Shown here: positions 19,431-29,517 of the stretch, one piece after another | Position numbering within the stretch: position 1 is the first letter of the stretch | Layout of the letters: the number at the start of each line of letters is the position of its first letter | Virus record (IMG/VR): IMGVR_UViG_3300013126_000016 | Coordinates: 1 to 64,000 of that record | DNA: 64,000 nucleotides | Strand: one strand, 5' to 3' | DNA from: a virus | Program-made: the position numbers and the translations under genes | Notes under the pieces: generated by a model | What the model was told of the DNA's origin: nothing | The model's database searches: none | Seen by the model: only the letters and a program-made list of their open reading frames with translations

Positions 19431-20564
19431 ATGAAGAATTACCCTTATAGTAAATTACCTTTAACTTGGTCTAATTACTTACTTGGCTCTGAGAGAAACA
19501 AAATAGAAGTATCTTACATGCAAAACATCGTCAGAAAAGGTGTTAGATATCTAGATACTAGTTTTTTTATTACAGGAGTCAGCGGTACAGGTAAAACTAG
19601 TTTAGTTCTCCTTTTTATTAGGTCTATTAAATGTCTTAACAGAATAAAAGGAGAAATAGAACCTTGTGGAGTTTGTGCAAGTTGTACTAGGCAAGATGTC
19701 AGACTAGAAGGAGTAAATTCTTATTCGGGTGTAATCTGGATTCAACCAGGTCAATATACAGAAGATACTTTACATCAGTCAGTAAAAACTGCTTTAAACG
19801 AAGCATCAAAAGGTCACACAAACACAGGTAATGAAGATGATGTACTCTTTGTTGTATTAGACGAGTTCCAGGAGTTTAGTAGAGACCTTAGAAACAAGCT
19901 TTTACTAAGAACTGAACTAAACATTAAGGGCAAAAATGTTTGTTTTATCTTTCTTACTATGCGTCCTGATTTATTTAGTGAAGAGGATTTAATTGCTTTA
20001 TCTCGTAGAGGTGTAACTATTAATCTAGGTCTCTCAACCAATAAAAGCATTTACAACCATATCTTAAAAATGTACCCTAATATAGAACCTGAAGCTGCTT
20101 GGACTATAGCAAATGGTAGTAAAGGTAGACCAGGTTTAGCAATCTCTTATTTAGGTGCATGTCTAGAAAAGTTTGGTAAGATAGACTTAGATATAGCTTG
20201 CTATATAACTAACAATCTTAGAGATGATTGGAGGTGGTATTTATGGCAAGCTGTTATCTCTCGAGACTTTCAACAAATAAGAGGATTAATCACCTATTTT
20301 ACAGAAGAACTAAACTCTGTATCTGAAAGTGATGTAAATAAACTCTTACAAGACGATATAATAGAAACTGTAACAAGAACAGGATTACTAAACGACAAAC
20401 AACAATTTGCTTTAAGTTTATTAAGTCAGCAATTATTATCAGGAATTTCATTATCTACTATACTGATGCAGATAGGAGGTACAGAATTATTACTAGTAGA
20501 AGAGGAAGCTGTAAAAAAGACTAACAGAGAGGAATTACTAAAATATATTGAGGAGGATCAATGA
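19431..20564 (+). CDS. DNA polymerase III gamma/tau-like clamp loader ATPase
   Basis: FITGVSGTGKTS, C...EPCGVCASC zinc module, VVLDEFQ; GAAGGAG RBS. Confidence 0.85.
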   Translation: MKNYPYSKLPLTWSNYLLGSERNKIEVSYMQNIVRKGVRYLDTSFFITGVSGTGKTSLVLLFIRSIKCLNRIKGEIEPCGVCASCTRQDVRLEGVNSYSGVIWIQPGQYTEDTLHQSVKTALNEASKGHTNTGNEDDVLFVVLDEFQEFSRDLRNKLLLRTELNIKGKNVCFIFLTMRPDLFSEEDLIALSRRGVTINLGLSTNKSIYNHILKMYPNIEPEAAWTIANGSKGRPGLAISYLGACLEKFGKIDLDIACYITNNLRDDWRWYLWQAVISRDFQQIRGLITYFTEELNSVSESDVNKLLQDDIIETVTRTGLLNDKQQFALSLLSQQLLSGISLSTILMQIGGTELLLVEEEAVKKTNREELLKYIEEDQ

Positions 20565-21466
20565 AACACATTGAACTAGAAGATTTAAAAGGGAAGATAA
20601 CCGGCGGCTTCCTATATCTTACTTTAGGCACTGTATCCCAAATACAACGATTGACTTATTTCCTCTTTTCTAATCCTTCTATTACCCTTCTCTATCACCC
20701 TACTAGGTTTGAATTATCCCAAACAATACCTTATTGTGTAAGCTTTAATGAGTCTGATCTTATTGTTTATATAGTGTACCCTAACTTAGTAGAACTTAAA
20801 CCTATAGGATTAAAAAAAACAGACTCTAATCCATATCACTTTCCTTCTTCTCTCTTTATACCATCTAATTGCATAGTTTTTCTATCATTATGTTCTATTA
20901 CAGGAGATATAAATGAGAGAGAGAAATCTATAGCTAAAAAGTTACAGTCTTCAGCTTCTAAGTATGAGATTTTAGATTTAAGAGGGGTAAATGATTTTAG
21001 TTTGTTTAATGTAAAAGAAAAGAAGGAGCAAACCCCGCCGCTAACTCTAGAACAAGAGCTTGTATGGAGCTTAAGAACAAAAGAGGGTATTAATAGGTGG
21101 TCTAGTTTTACAGATTCAGAATTGTATAAATGGTTTATAACCCCTAACCAAACTGAACCTATTCTATTGTTAAACGCCCGGGCTGCCTATTTAATTCCTT
21201 ACATTATGCCTTTCTGTGATTTACTAAAAAAACATTGGCATAGCTCAGGTAAAAATCAAATACTTAAAACCTTTGCCTATTGGGTTTTTTTCTCCTCTAC
21301 TATCTGGAAAGACTATCCCTCTCAAGGATTAACTCTTAAACCTGATAAGAAAAATCCTAATAAGTATCAATTCTTTTTCTTTATTAGTGAAACGTCTAAA
21401 AGATACTGGTTACAGTATATTACTTTAAACGCTTACTGTAAAACCTCAGAAGTTTTGCTACAATAA
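20561..21466 (+). CDS. Hypothetical protein, possible clamp-loader delta-like subunit
   Basis: ATGA-coupled to the DnaX-like gene, about 300 aa; function inferred from context only. Confidence 0.4.
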   Translation: MKHIELEDLKGKITGGFLYLTLGTVSQIQRLTYFLFSNPSITLLYHPTRFELSQTIPYCVSFNESDLIVYIVYPNLVELKPIGLKKTDSNPYHFPSSLFIPSNCIVFLSLCSITGDINEREKSIAKKLQSSASKYEILDLRGVNDFSLFNVKEKKEQTPPLTLEQELVWSLRTKEGINRWSSFTDSELYKWFITPNQTEPILLLNARAAYLIPYIMPFCDLLKKHWHSSGKNQILKTFAYWVFFSSTIWKDYPSQGLTLKPDKKNPNKYQFFFFISETSKRYWLQYITLNAYCKTSEVLLQ

Positions 21467-21513
21467 AAAAGAGTAACAAAAGCAAAAAAACAAAAACCCA
21501 ACTTTACATTCGT

Positions 21514-22815
21514 ATGACAGCTATTACATCGTCCGATGATTCTTTTTTAGATTTGTTTGAACCTATTCAACCCCCTGTAATTACTAATGAATCTTATGAC
21601 CCTGATCTTACAACTGGTAACTTAGAGATTAGTTACATTATGAATTGCAGACAGTCGGGAGATATCACAAAAACTAAAAGTTTTACCTGGTCTCATGCAA
21701 AATCTAAAAAGTCTAATTACACAGTTAATTCGTTTATTAGACCTTCTATAGTTGCTATAAAAGGTATTCCATTTAGATTCATGTCTGGTTTAAGGTACAC
21801 TAACTTTGAAGAAAAAGATATAACTAAACGAAACATTTGCCGCACTTTTGAAACAGTTGAAACTCTTCCAGACGGTACTAAGTTTGTTAAAAAAAGTTCA
21901 TTGCCTCTTAGTCATCCTATTACTAACCCCTATAGGTCTAAACTTGAACCTACTACTCCACACTGGACTTTGACAGACCATTCTAATATAGAAATGTATG
22001 GTAGTAGAAGAGACCCAGAAACTAATGAACGCCTAAAATGCTTAGACTGCATTAAAAGAGGTTTACACATGGTAATAGGGGAAAAAGATGGCAAGCCAGC
22101 AATACTTAATAGTTGTACACCAGTAGCAACTGTAATATTCTTAGTAACTCATCTAGGATTTATAAACGCGGATTCGTTATTAGAAGGTCAAGAGAATTAC
22201 AAACTAGATTGGGTTGAACTTAAGAAAGGTTGTTATAGTTCATATCCAGATAGGATTATAACCCAAGTATTAAGAGAGAACGAAAAGCCAGAAAATTATA
22301 ATCTGGAAAATCCTTTTATCTTAAAGATTCCCTTAACTAAAGCACAAGCTAATATGAAGTTAGGTCCTGGGGAGTATAATTTTGAGCCTGTACCTCAAAA
22401 TTATCACCCTAATCATGTAGTAGGGATGCACGACCTTATTAAGGATCTACAGTCTCCTCAAAACTTTAACGTATCTTGTTTCCTAGAAAAGTCTAGTAGA
22501 AATTTTGTCTATACTACTGCTTATGAATTATATATAGCAGAGTTACCCTCTACAAAACATAATCAGGAAGTTATATTCATAGGTGCAGAAACAGACCATC
22601 AGGGAGTGTTTGCTAATATGTCTAACGCTGAAATAGCTAAAAGTCTTCTAGAAATAGAACGACAAGAACTTTCTAGCGGACATTTACCTTTGGCAGATCA
22701 TACTACTAATACTAGTAATACTCCTACTATTGTTACAAAAACAGAAGAAGATAGCAATGTTAAAAATGCGTTTGCCCTACCTGAAGCACTTCAAAAAAAA
22801 ACTTCAGTTCGATAA
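21514..22815 (+). CDS. Hypothetical replication-region protein
   Basis: 433-aa ORF with CxxC, followed by a terminator. Confidence 0.65.
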   Translation: MTAITSSDDSFLDLFEPIQPPVITNESYDPDLTTGNLEISYIMNCRQSGDITKTKSFTWSHAKSKKSNYTVNSFIRPSIVAIKGIPFRFMSGLRYTNFEEKDITKRNICRTFETVETLPDGTKFVKKSSLPLSHPITNPYRSKLEPTTPHWTLTDHSNIEMYGSRRDPETNERLKCLDCIKRGLHMVIGEKDGKPAILNSCTPVATVIFLVTHLGFINADSLLEGQENYKLDWVELKKGCYSSYPDRIITQVLRENEKPENYNLENPFILKIPLTKAQANMKLGPGEYNFEPVPQNYHPNHVVGMHDLIKDLQSPQNFNVSCFLEKSSRNFVYTTAYELYIAELPSTKHNQEVIFIGAETDHQGVFANMSNAEIAKSLLEIERQELSSGHLPLADHTTNTSNTPTIVTKTEEDSNVKNAFALPEALQKKTSVR

Positions 22816-22844
22816 AATTTGAGGACATTCCTTTTTAATTAATT

Positions 22845-22871
22845 AGCCTACTGAGTTCTCAGTAGGCTTTT
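22845..22871 (+). terminator. Intrinsic terminator
   Basis: AGCCTACTGAG-TT-CTCAGTAGGCT followed by TTT. Confidence 0.7.
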
Positions 22872-22882
22872 ACTATAAACTT

Positions 22883-23083
22883 ATGCTTCTAATAGTACAC
22901 AGAAAGATAAACTTACTTAGAACTTTACTAAAATATAGTGATGTTAATAAATCACTATTTACAGAAGAGGAATTAATAATAGCTAAGAGGGCCTGTGAAT
23001 TAGTAAAAGAGGAGGAGATAGAGGAAATAGAAGAGTTAATAAAGGAGATAGATTTCAAGAAGTTATTAAGTTTTTTGAGGTAG
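22883..23083 (+). CDS. Hypothetical protein
   Basis: Stop codon TAG lies within the palindrome at 23078. Confidence 0.5.
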   Translation: MLLIVHRKINLLRTLLKYSDVNKSLFTEEELIIAKRACELVKEEEIEEIEELIKEIDFKKLLSFLR

Positions 23084-23137
23084 CCGCGCGGCTACCTTTA
23101 TCTTATTTTTAGTTCTATACTATCCATAAAACTATTT

Positions 23138-23854
23138 ATGCCTCCTGATAACTTACTAGATTTCCTAGAATCTAAAGACAAAATCCAAACCATTCAATCC
23201 GATACCTCCAAGATTATCCGCAAGGAAAATAACATTACTACTGAAGAATATATCTCCCTCTTTATTAACCTTATTATTTTTGTTACTCTTGTTATTAAAG
23301 TTATTCAACCACTTACAGATATTCTTAAACCTTTAAAAATTAAATTAACTAAAAAATACTTTAAAGAAATAAACTTTATTGAAGACCTTTTAGAAGAATT
23401 ACTATTACTCACTAAAGCTGATAGAGTATGCGTGGGTGTATTTCATAATGGTCAAGTTTGGGGTCACTTTCATTTTATGAAAATGACTATAGCTTATGAA
23501 GCTTGTAAGTATGGTATAACTTCTATAAAAAAGTTATATGCAAACGTTCCTCTAGAAAAGATAAAAAACCAACTACAGGTAGTAGAGGAGGATAAGTTTT
23601 CAATATTTAATAGGGATGATGATTTAGAACCAGAGTGTATAAAATACCTAGACAGCCAAAACTTAAAAGGTACATTATCTAGGCTCATAACTAATAAAAA
23701 AGGGGAAGTAATCGCTATATTAGAGGCTCAAAGACTCTATGATTATTTTGGTAGCGAAGACTTGTCTGATAGCCGTTTAGAGCCTACTTTCAATAGGCTA
23801 ATACACAATCTTTCTCTAATAAATGAAGGTAAAGAGTTACCTATAGATAATTAA
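23138..23854 (+). CDS. Single-TM plus GAF-like domain protein, possible T4-T-type holin
   Basis: TM segment ISLFINLIIFVTLVIKVI, then ADRVCVGVFHNG...KMTIAYE GAF-like motif. Confidence 0.5.
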   Translation: MPPDNLLDFLESKDKIQTIQSDTSKIIRKENNITTEEYISLFINLIIFVTLVIKVIQPLTDILKPLKIKLTKKYFKEINFIEDLLEELLLLTKADRVCVGVFHNGQVWGHFHFMKMTIAYEACKYGITSIKKLYANVPLEKIKNQLQVVEEDKFSIFNRDDDLEPECIKYLDSQNLKGTLSRLITNKKGEVIAILEAQRLYDYFGSEDLSDSRLEPTFNRLIHNLSLINEGKELPIDN

Positions 23855-23887
23855 AACAGTGGCAAACTAAGAAATTTAAGATATAAT

Positions 23888-25132
23888 ATGGATAGTAGAT
23901 TTTGGATTGTAGTCTTGAACCTGTTCTCCGGTATTATCTTAGCTCAACCTGAAGCCAGCCAATTGTATTTCTTAGCACGCGCTAAAGATACTAATGGTTC
24001 TGGTTGGTTGCGTTTAAGTATTAAATACTTAATGAACTTTTTCAATAAGTCCAAGAGTACGATATTGCGTTGGGCAAGGAACATATTTTATTTTTCTGAT
24101 AATGAGGTGAGGGGAGACAGGATCTTCCTGAAATACAAAGCTATTAGGAAAGTAAAGAATGATAGTAAAGTACCGGCCCACGCAAAGTTTGCAGCTGAAA
24201 AAACTCTATTAGAAGATATAAATCAGCTAAAAGCTAAATGTTACGAAGCTGCTATTGAAAGACAACAACAGTCTTGTAAGAAAGCAGTTGACAAAGTAGT
24301 GAAATCTAGCAAGCAAACCTTTGAACCGACCCTAGAAAGCCTACAAAGCTCTAAAATTGCTAAAGGGTGTGAGTGGGTTGACGAGGCGGGGAAAAAAGCG
24401 TTTGTAAAGAGGCACGTAGTACCGATTGGAGCGAGGCAAGATACAGTAGCTGAGAAAGTAGGAAGGTCGGCGCAAACACTGAGAAAGCACACTAAAACTA
24501 TAAATAGAGTGCATGTGTGGTGGAGGGTATATTACAGAAATCCTAAAGAGGGAATTCCTGAGCAGTATTACCAGTTCAACAAGAAAAAAGTTAGGAATGG
24601 TAAGAACTCTGTTGAAAAGAGGTTGTACAGGAGAATGCCTAATTATTATTTCTGTGATGTGTATGCATGTCCAGAAAAAACAAAAGAAGTGTTTGTGCCG
24701 ATTAGTCCTACTGAACAGTTAGATGAAAAGAGAAGTTTGATAAGAATGATAGTTTCTCAAATGCCGAAGCGCAGAAAGGTAGGCGTGCGCGGGGATTTAT
24801 GTGAACCTAAAGTACAAAAGAAATTCCTGGAAAAGCTATTAGAAGTTCCTAAAGAAAGGATTGACTTATTAGCTGTAGGATTTTTCATGTACGCAAGCGG
24901 GCAACCAGATAGCAAAGAAACAAAGGAAAGAATGCTAGGGATGTTGAAGCAGGTTTCTGTAGGAGATCTGATAGACAAAATTGGCAATACTCTTACTTTG
25001 CTCAAGAGCGGGATAGATGAAAAGTTAGCTGATTATCTACTCTTGCTATTGAGAAGAGCGCTAAAGTCTGACTGGGTTATTCCACCATTATGGGAAACCT
25101 ATAGAACGACTGGTTACTCATTACAGCAATAG
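23888..25132 (+). CDS. Basic protein with two HTH-like segments, candidate replication initiator
   Basis: IKYLMNFFNKSKSTILRW and QDTVAEKVGRSAQTLRKH; codon composition looks different from its neighbours. Confidence 0.4.
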   Translation: MDSRFWIVVLNLFSGIILAQPEASQLYFLARAKDTNGSGWLRLSIKYLMNFFNKSKSTILRWARNIFYFSDNEVRGDRIFLKYKAIRKVKNDSKVPAHAKFAAEKTLLEDINQLKAKCYEAAIERQQQSCKKAVDKVVKSSKQTFEPTLESLQSSKIAKGCEWVDEAGKKAFVKRHVVPIGARQDTVAEKVGRSAQTLRKHTKTINRVHVWWRVYYRNPKEGIPEQYYQFNKKKVRNGKNSVEKRLYRRMPNYYFCDVYACPEKTKEVFVPISPTEQLDEKRSLIRMIVSQMPKRRKVGVRGDLCEPKVQKKFLEKLLEVPKERIDLLAVGFFMYASGQPDSKETKERMLGMLKQVSVGDLIDKIGNTLTLLKSGIDEKLADYLLLLLRRALKSDWVIPPLWETYRTTGYSLQQ

Positions 25133-25204
25133 GACTAACAACATTCCCGGGCTGCTAGATTAAGCAATAATATCAATAGAAATTAGATCTTTAATAAGTT
25201 CTAA

Positions 25205-25240
25205 TAGATTTTTTTTGTTTAATTAAACAAAAAAAATCTA
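25205..25240. repeat. Perfect 36-bp AT-rich palindrome
   Basis: TAGATTTTTTTTGTTTAA|TTAAACAAAAAAAATCTA. Confidence 0.9.
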
Positions 25241-25340
25241 CAAATAAATATTTATATAAGAGGCTCAAAACCGCGCTTAAAGAGTTTTTTTAGATTTTAG
25301 AGAGCAAACTATAGTTTTATATTATTTTGTTTTTTTAGTT

Positions 25341-26798
25341 ATGAAAAGAGTAAAATATAAGCCTGCTTATAAAGTTAACGAACTGTTCGTTGGAGAAGGG
25401 ACGGCAATAGTAATTACAGGGTGGACACCAAAAGACAGAATAAAAAGGGAACTAGAAAAAGAAGGAATAAAGTATGCAGCAATAGGAAACTTATACTCCC
25501 CAAATTATGGACTAACGTATTTAGCAGCTAATCTATTAGCTAATCCCTACGATTGGGATATTTGCCTATTAGGAGGTACAAGAGCCGATTTATTTAGCAA
25601 TGGTATAGAAGCTGTAAAAGGGATGCTAGAAGGCAAAATAAAGGGGGATAGAGTATTTAACACAAAGGGAGAACAAGTAGGCAGAATAGATAATATATTT
25701 GAGGAAGAACAGATAAAGTTATTACAAGAGAAGTTAGCCGCGCGGCTGACTTACCATACATCTATAAAAGATTTAATAAAATACTTAAAAGAGATTAATA
25801 AAGATAAGAGAGAATTAGAGCAATATGCAGAACCTATAATAAAAGAGATACCTATAATAAAGAGTAAAACCAGGTCAGGCAATACTAACAGTCCTAGAAT
25901 AGAAGGAAAGACTGTAGAAGAGGTGTGGATAAAGATATTACATCTTATAAGAACAAATGGTCTATTAACTAATTCTCAATATGGTCAAAGGCAAGAGATA
26001 ATAAGTTTAAGTGTTACTATAACAGAACAACCAAAACTTGATTGTCTAGAAATAAAAGAGTGGATGCCTATATCCTATGATTCTTTAAAAGAGTATATAC
26101 CAAGTTTTTGTTACAGTAAGCATAGTGAAGAGACTGAGTATACTTACAGCAATCGTATAAGAAACTTAGAAGGGGTAGACCAAATAGAAAGAATAGTAGA
26201 TAAATTAATAGCAGACCCCAATTCAACTCAATTATATATAAGTTTATGGGATACTTATAAAGACATTTACAATAGTAACCCACCTTGTTTAGTGAGTATA
26301 TGGGTAAGGTTAATAGATAATAAGTTATTACTAGAAGGGAGTTTCAGGTCACAAGATATGTTTACAGCGTACATACCAAACGTTGTAGGGTTAAGAGAGA
26401 TTCAAAGTATTCTAGTAAATAAAATAATAGACAAAGGATTATTAGTAGAAGAAGGTGTATTAATAACAAATTCAAAGTCAGCACATTTATACGAGAATGC
26501 TTTTAGAGAAGCTGACGAGATAATAAGTAAGGAATATAAATATAAGAAAGTGTTAGAACCAAAGGATAGAGTAGGAAATTTTGTGATAGAAGTAGAGGAG
26601 CGCGGGGCTACCTTACTAAAAATAAAACAACTAACGCCTACAGGAATCCCTATTTCTTTGTATGAAGGAGAAGAACCCTTTAAGTTACTAGTGGAAATAA
26701 TAAACCAAAATCCCACTATAGAAAAACAACATATAGCTTACTTAGGTACAGAACTACAAAAAGCTACTTTATTAAAAAATCAGTACAAGCAAGGTTGA
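25341..26798 (+). CDS. Thymidylate synthase (cyanobacterial type with MtrA-like N-terminus and DUF4346-like C-terminus)
   Basis: YTYSNRI, DQI, SLWD, PPCL, FRSQDMF, SAHLYE; N-terminal ITGWT...AAIGNLYSP..G...L.NP; C-terminal HIAYLGTELQKA. Confidence 0.8.
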   Translation: MKRVKYKPAYKVNELFVGEGTAIVITGWTPKDRIKRELEKEGIKYAAIGNLYSPNYGLTYLAANLLANPYDWDICLLGGTRADLFSNGIEAVKGMLEGKIKGDRVFNTKGEQVGRIDNIFEEEQIKLLQEKLAARLTYHTSIKDLIKYLKEINKDKRELEQYAEPIIKEIPIIKSKTRSGNTNSPRIEGKTVEEVWIKILHLIRTNGLLTNSQYGQRQEIISLSVTITEQPKLDCLEIKEWMPISYDSLKEYIPSFCYSKHSEETEYTYSNRIRNLEGVDQIERIVDKLIADPNSTQLYISLWDTYKDIYNSNPPCLVSIWVRLIDNKLLLEGSFRSQDMFTAYIPNVVGLREIQSILVNKIIDKGLLVEEGVLITNSKSAHLYENAFREADEIISKEYKYKKVLEPKDRVGNFVIEVEERGATLLKIKQLTPTGIPISLYEGEEPFKLLVEIINQNPTIEKQHIAYLGTELQKATLLKNQYKQG

Positions 26799-27020
26799 CA
26801 AAGCATAGAAAAAAAGTAGAGTATATAAATCTCAAGGTTAATCATCTGCCAAGTTACTCCGAGTAAACTCAACCTGCCAATTTTCATATATCAGAAAACT
26901 AAAATGTACAAGAGCTGTGCTGAAAAGCGCGGCTCTTTTCTTAATAATTTTCTTAAAGTCCATCTACTAAGGATTAAGTTTTTAAAAGCTACTATATCCA
27001 CTTCACTATAATGTACTTTT

Positions 27021-28241
27021 ATGGAAATACAACAGTTAAAAGAATGCTTAAGAATAAGTAAAGTATCAGAGATATTTGAGATAGGAATAACAAATAAGGA
27101 GACAAACCAAAGGTGTCCTTTTTGTGGAGGAAGTAATTCGTTAAAAGTATATAGTGACGTATGGTTTAAGTGTTTTAAATGTGGGAGTAGAGGAGATATA
27201 ATAAACTTATTGCAAGTGGCAGGTAAGGCTAATAGTTTCCGGGAGGCTGTGTTAAAATTAAGTAATTTAGTAGACACAACGAAAGAAACTAGAGAATACC
27301 GAATAAGATTAACAGGTATGGAAGCCACTTACAAAAGTTATAGAACTCATAAGAAGAGGAAACAAGGTGCAGAGTATTTAGAGAGTAGAGGATGGAAAAA
27401 GGCAATAGATAGAGGAGATTACGGATATTCTGACGCTCCAGATTTGTTGCAAAGTAAGGGACATACAAAAGAGGAGTTAGAAAATCTAGGGTTAATGTTG
27501 ACTAAAGAAAGGGAGCTATATGATAATCATGTAGTATTTCCGGTCAGGACTGCAAATGGAAAGTTAGTGCATGTACAGGGAAGGAATACCGACCCGGCGG
27601 CTAACTTAAGATGGTTAGCAGATAAAGGACAACCCCCTATAAACAACTACTTATACAACCTAGAAAATCTAAATAAGTCCACTAACTACGTTGTTATAGT
27701 AGAAGGTATTTCTGACGCATTAAGTCTTTTAGAACTAGACGAGCCAACAGTAGGTACTTTTGGAATTAACTTTTCTCTTCTTAGACACATTCCCTCTTTT
27801 AAGAATTTAACTCATATATTAGCTATCTTTGATAGAGACAAGTATAGTATAGGTACGCCTTTACAAGGAAGATATAAAAGCTGGACACAAGTAGTGCCCG
27901 AGTTATGTAAACTTAGTATTGAGTTAAAGATACCGATATACACTTGGATGGTACCAGACATAAGTGGAGTTAAAGATTTAAATGATTTACTGATAGAAGT
28001 AGATTATGACGAAGGGGCATACAAAGATTTATTAGTAAAAACAGTAATGCCTCTAGAAAGAATGTGCTTAGAAATTATACAAATAACAGAGGATAAAGAA
28101 CTTTATTGGTTATTGTGGGAACTTCATAGAGAACTAAAAAATACAAAAGAAGAAAAACTTTTAGAAGATCATGTTAATACAAAATATGGTTCTCTAAAAG
28201 AACACTTTAAATGGATTGTTAGTTCATCTATGGAGTTTTAA
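27021..28241 (+). CDS. DnaG-like DNA primase
   Basis: CPFC...FKCFKCGSRGDII zinc finger, VVFPV...GR, TOPRIM IVEGISDALS, IFDRD, KDLND. Confidence 0.88.
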   Translation: MEIQQLKECLRISKVSEIFEIGITNKETNQRCPFCGGSNSLKVYSDVWFKCFKCGSRGDIINLLQVAGKANSFREAVLKLSNLVDTTKETREYRIRLTGMEATYKSYRTHKKRKQGAEYLESRGWKKAIDRGDYGYSDAPDLLQSKGHTKEELENLGLMLTKERELYDNHVVFPVRTANGKLVHVQGRNTDPAANLRWLADKGQPPINNYLYNLENLNKSTNYVVIVEGISDALSLLELDEPTVGTFGINFSLLRHIPSFKNLTHILAIFDRDKYSIGTPLQGRYKSWTQVVPELCKLSIELKIPIYTWMVPDISGVKDLNDLLIEVDYDEGAYKDLLVKTVMPLERMCLEIIQITEDKELYWLLWELHRELKNTKEEKLLEDHVNTKYGSLKEHFKWIVSSSMEF

Positions 28242-28243
28242 AT

Positions 28244-29056
28244 ATGGAGTGTAATAGAGTTAGTTTTTATGTAGGTATAACTTCTAACAGAAACATAGTA
28301 TGTGGTTGTGTAGTAATAGTAGTAAAATGGATGGATGAAGAAGAGATAATTGTAGTGTTTCCAGACGAAATAAATAGTAGAGGCTGGAATAGGGTAATTC
28401 TACCTAAGATAGAGTATGTAGTAGCTAGAGAGCAAAGGAGGTTAAAATTAAAAGACAAAGAAATAGAAATAGTAATACCAAACATTTACATTTCTTATAG
28501 TTCTATTTATAGAACAAGGTATAGCAGATTTAATAGTATAACAAAGGAAGCAGATAAACTAGCAGAACAAAAACGCCTATGGTTACTAGACACAGTTTAC
28601 GCTGATTCTTACCCTATATATAAGTTAAGGGATAATCTAGGCAAACTGGATATAGATCTTGCACTGACTATCTTAGATAAAGGAATAACTAGCATATTTA
28701 TAGTTAAAAGGTTATCTAAAATAGGATTTTACTATGAAGAAGCATTAAAAAGATTAGACAAAAGGGTATTATTTACAGACTATACAGGTAGTAACACACC
28801 TGCATGGTGGTTAGAAGAATTTGAAGGAAGAAGATTTTGTAACGATACAGGAGTAATAGAAGGGGGATATTTACCAATAAGATTTAGAAGATGGGCAAGG
28901 AACATGGGAATAAAGATATTAGGAATAAAAAAGGAGAAGTATAGTAATCCAGAGTCAATAGAAGAAGAGCACTTATTAACACAAGGAGAAAGGTATGAAC
29001 AAAGAAGAAGAAAAAGAAGGAAAAGAAGAGCAGCAGAAAGAGGAAGTAGAAGATAG
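28244..29056 (+). CDS. Hypothetical protein, possibly degenerate RNase HII fold
   Basis: YPIYKLRDNLG...ILDKG resembles the RNase HII C-terminus; catalytic acidic residues not evident. Confidence 0.35.
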   Translation: MECNRVSFYVGITSNRNIVCGCVVIVVKWMDEEEIIVVFPDEINSRGWNRVILPKIEYVVAREQRRLKLKDKEIEIVIPNIYISYSSIYRTRYSRFNSITKEADKLAEQKRLWLLDTVYADSYPIYKLRDNLGKLDIDLALTILDKGITSIFIVKRLSKIGFYYEEALKRLDKRVLFTDYTGSNTPAWWLEEFEGRRFCNDTGVIEGGYLPIRFRRWARNMGIKILGIKKEKYSNPESIEEEHLLTQGERYEQRRRKRRKRRAAERGSRR

Positions 29057-29103
29057 CGGCGCGGCTACCTACTTACTATATTTTATTTCAAGCAACATTA
29101 ACT

Positions 29104-29517
29104 ATGGCACTTTCTAAATTACAAAAAAACACTTACCAATTCCAAGCTCTGTTAAATAAACACTCAGGCTCTACTCTAGAAAAACTATTAAAAGTAGATT
29201 TATATAGTTGTTTACTCTTGTCAGACCAATTAAAAGTAAACAGGAACTATTCTACAGACTGGTTTTACCAAGTTATGATGACAACATTTGACTATTATCT
29301 TATACTAGTACCGGAGTTAGAAAAAGACTTGAAAGTAGTAAAAGAGAATAGAGTAGAAAATGAGAGTGACTGGGAATTAATAATAAAAAGTCATCTTAAA
29401 AGATATAAAGCAGAAGTAATGACAAATTTAAAGTATTCTGATTATTATGAGGAGACTATAGCTTACCTCAAATTACGTCAGGAACTAAGAATATGTTTAC
29501 AGAACAGAATCAAATAA
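29104..29517 (+). CDS. Hypothetical protein
   Basis: ORF in an operon. Confidence 0.6.
   Translation: MALSKLQKNTYQFQALLNKHSGSTLEKLLKVDLYSCLLLSDQLKVNRNYSTDWFYQVMMTTFDYYLILVPELEKDLKVVKENRVENESDWELIIKSHLKRYKAEVMTNLKYSDYYEETIAYLKLRQELRICLQNRIK

Noticed and set aside
26795-27020. Possible tRNA or structured RNA downstream of a TTGACA box
   Set aside because: No cloverleaf or convincing fold; spacing to a -10 box is suboptimal; the antisense ORF 26891-27328 is a shadow
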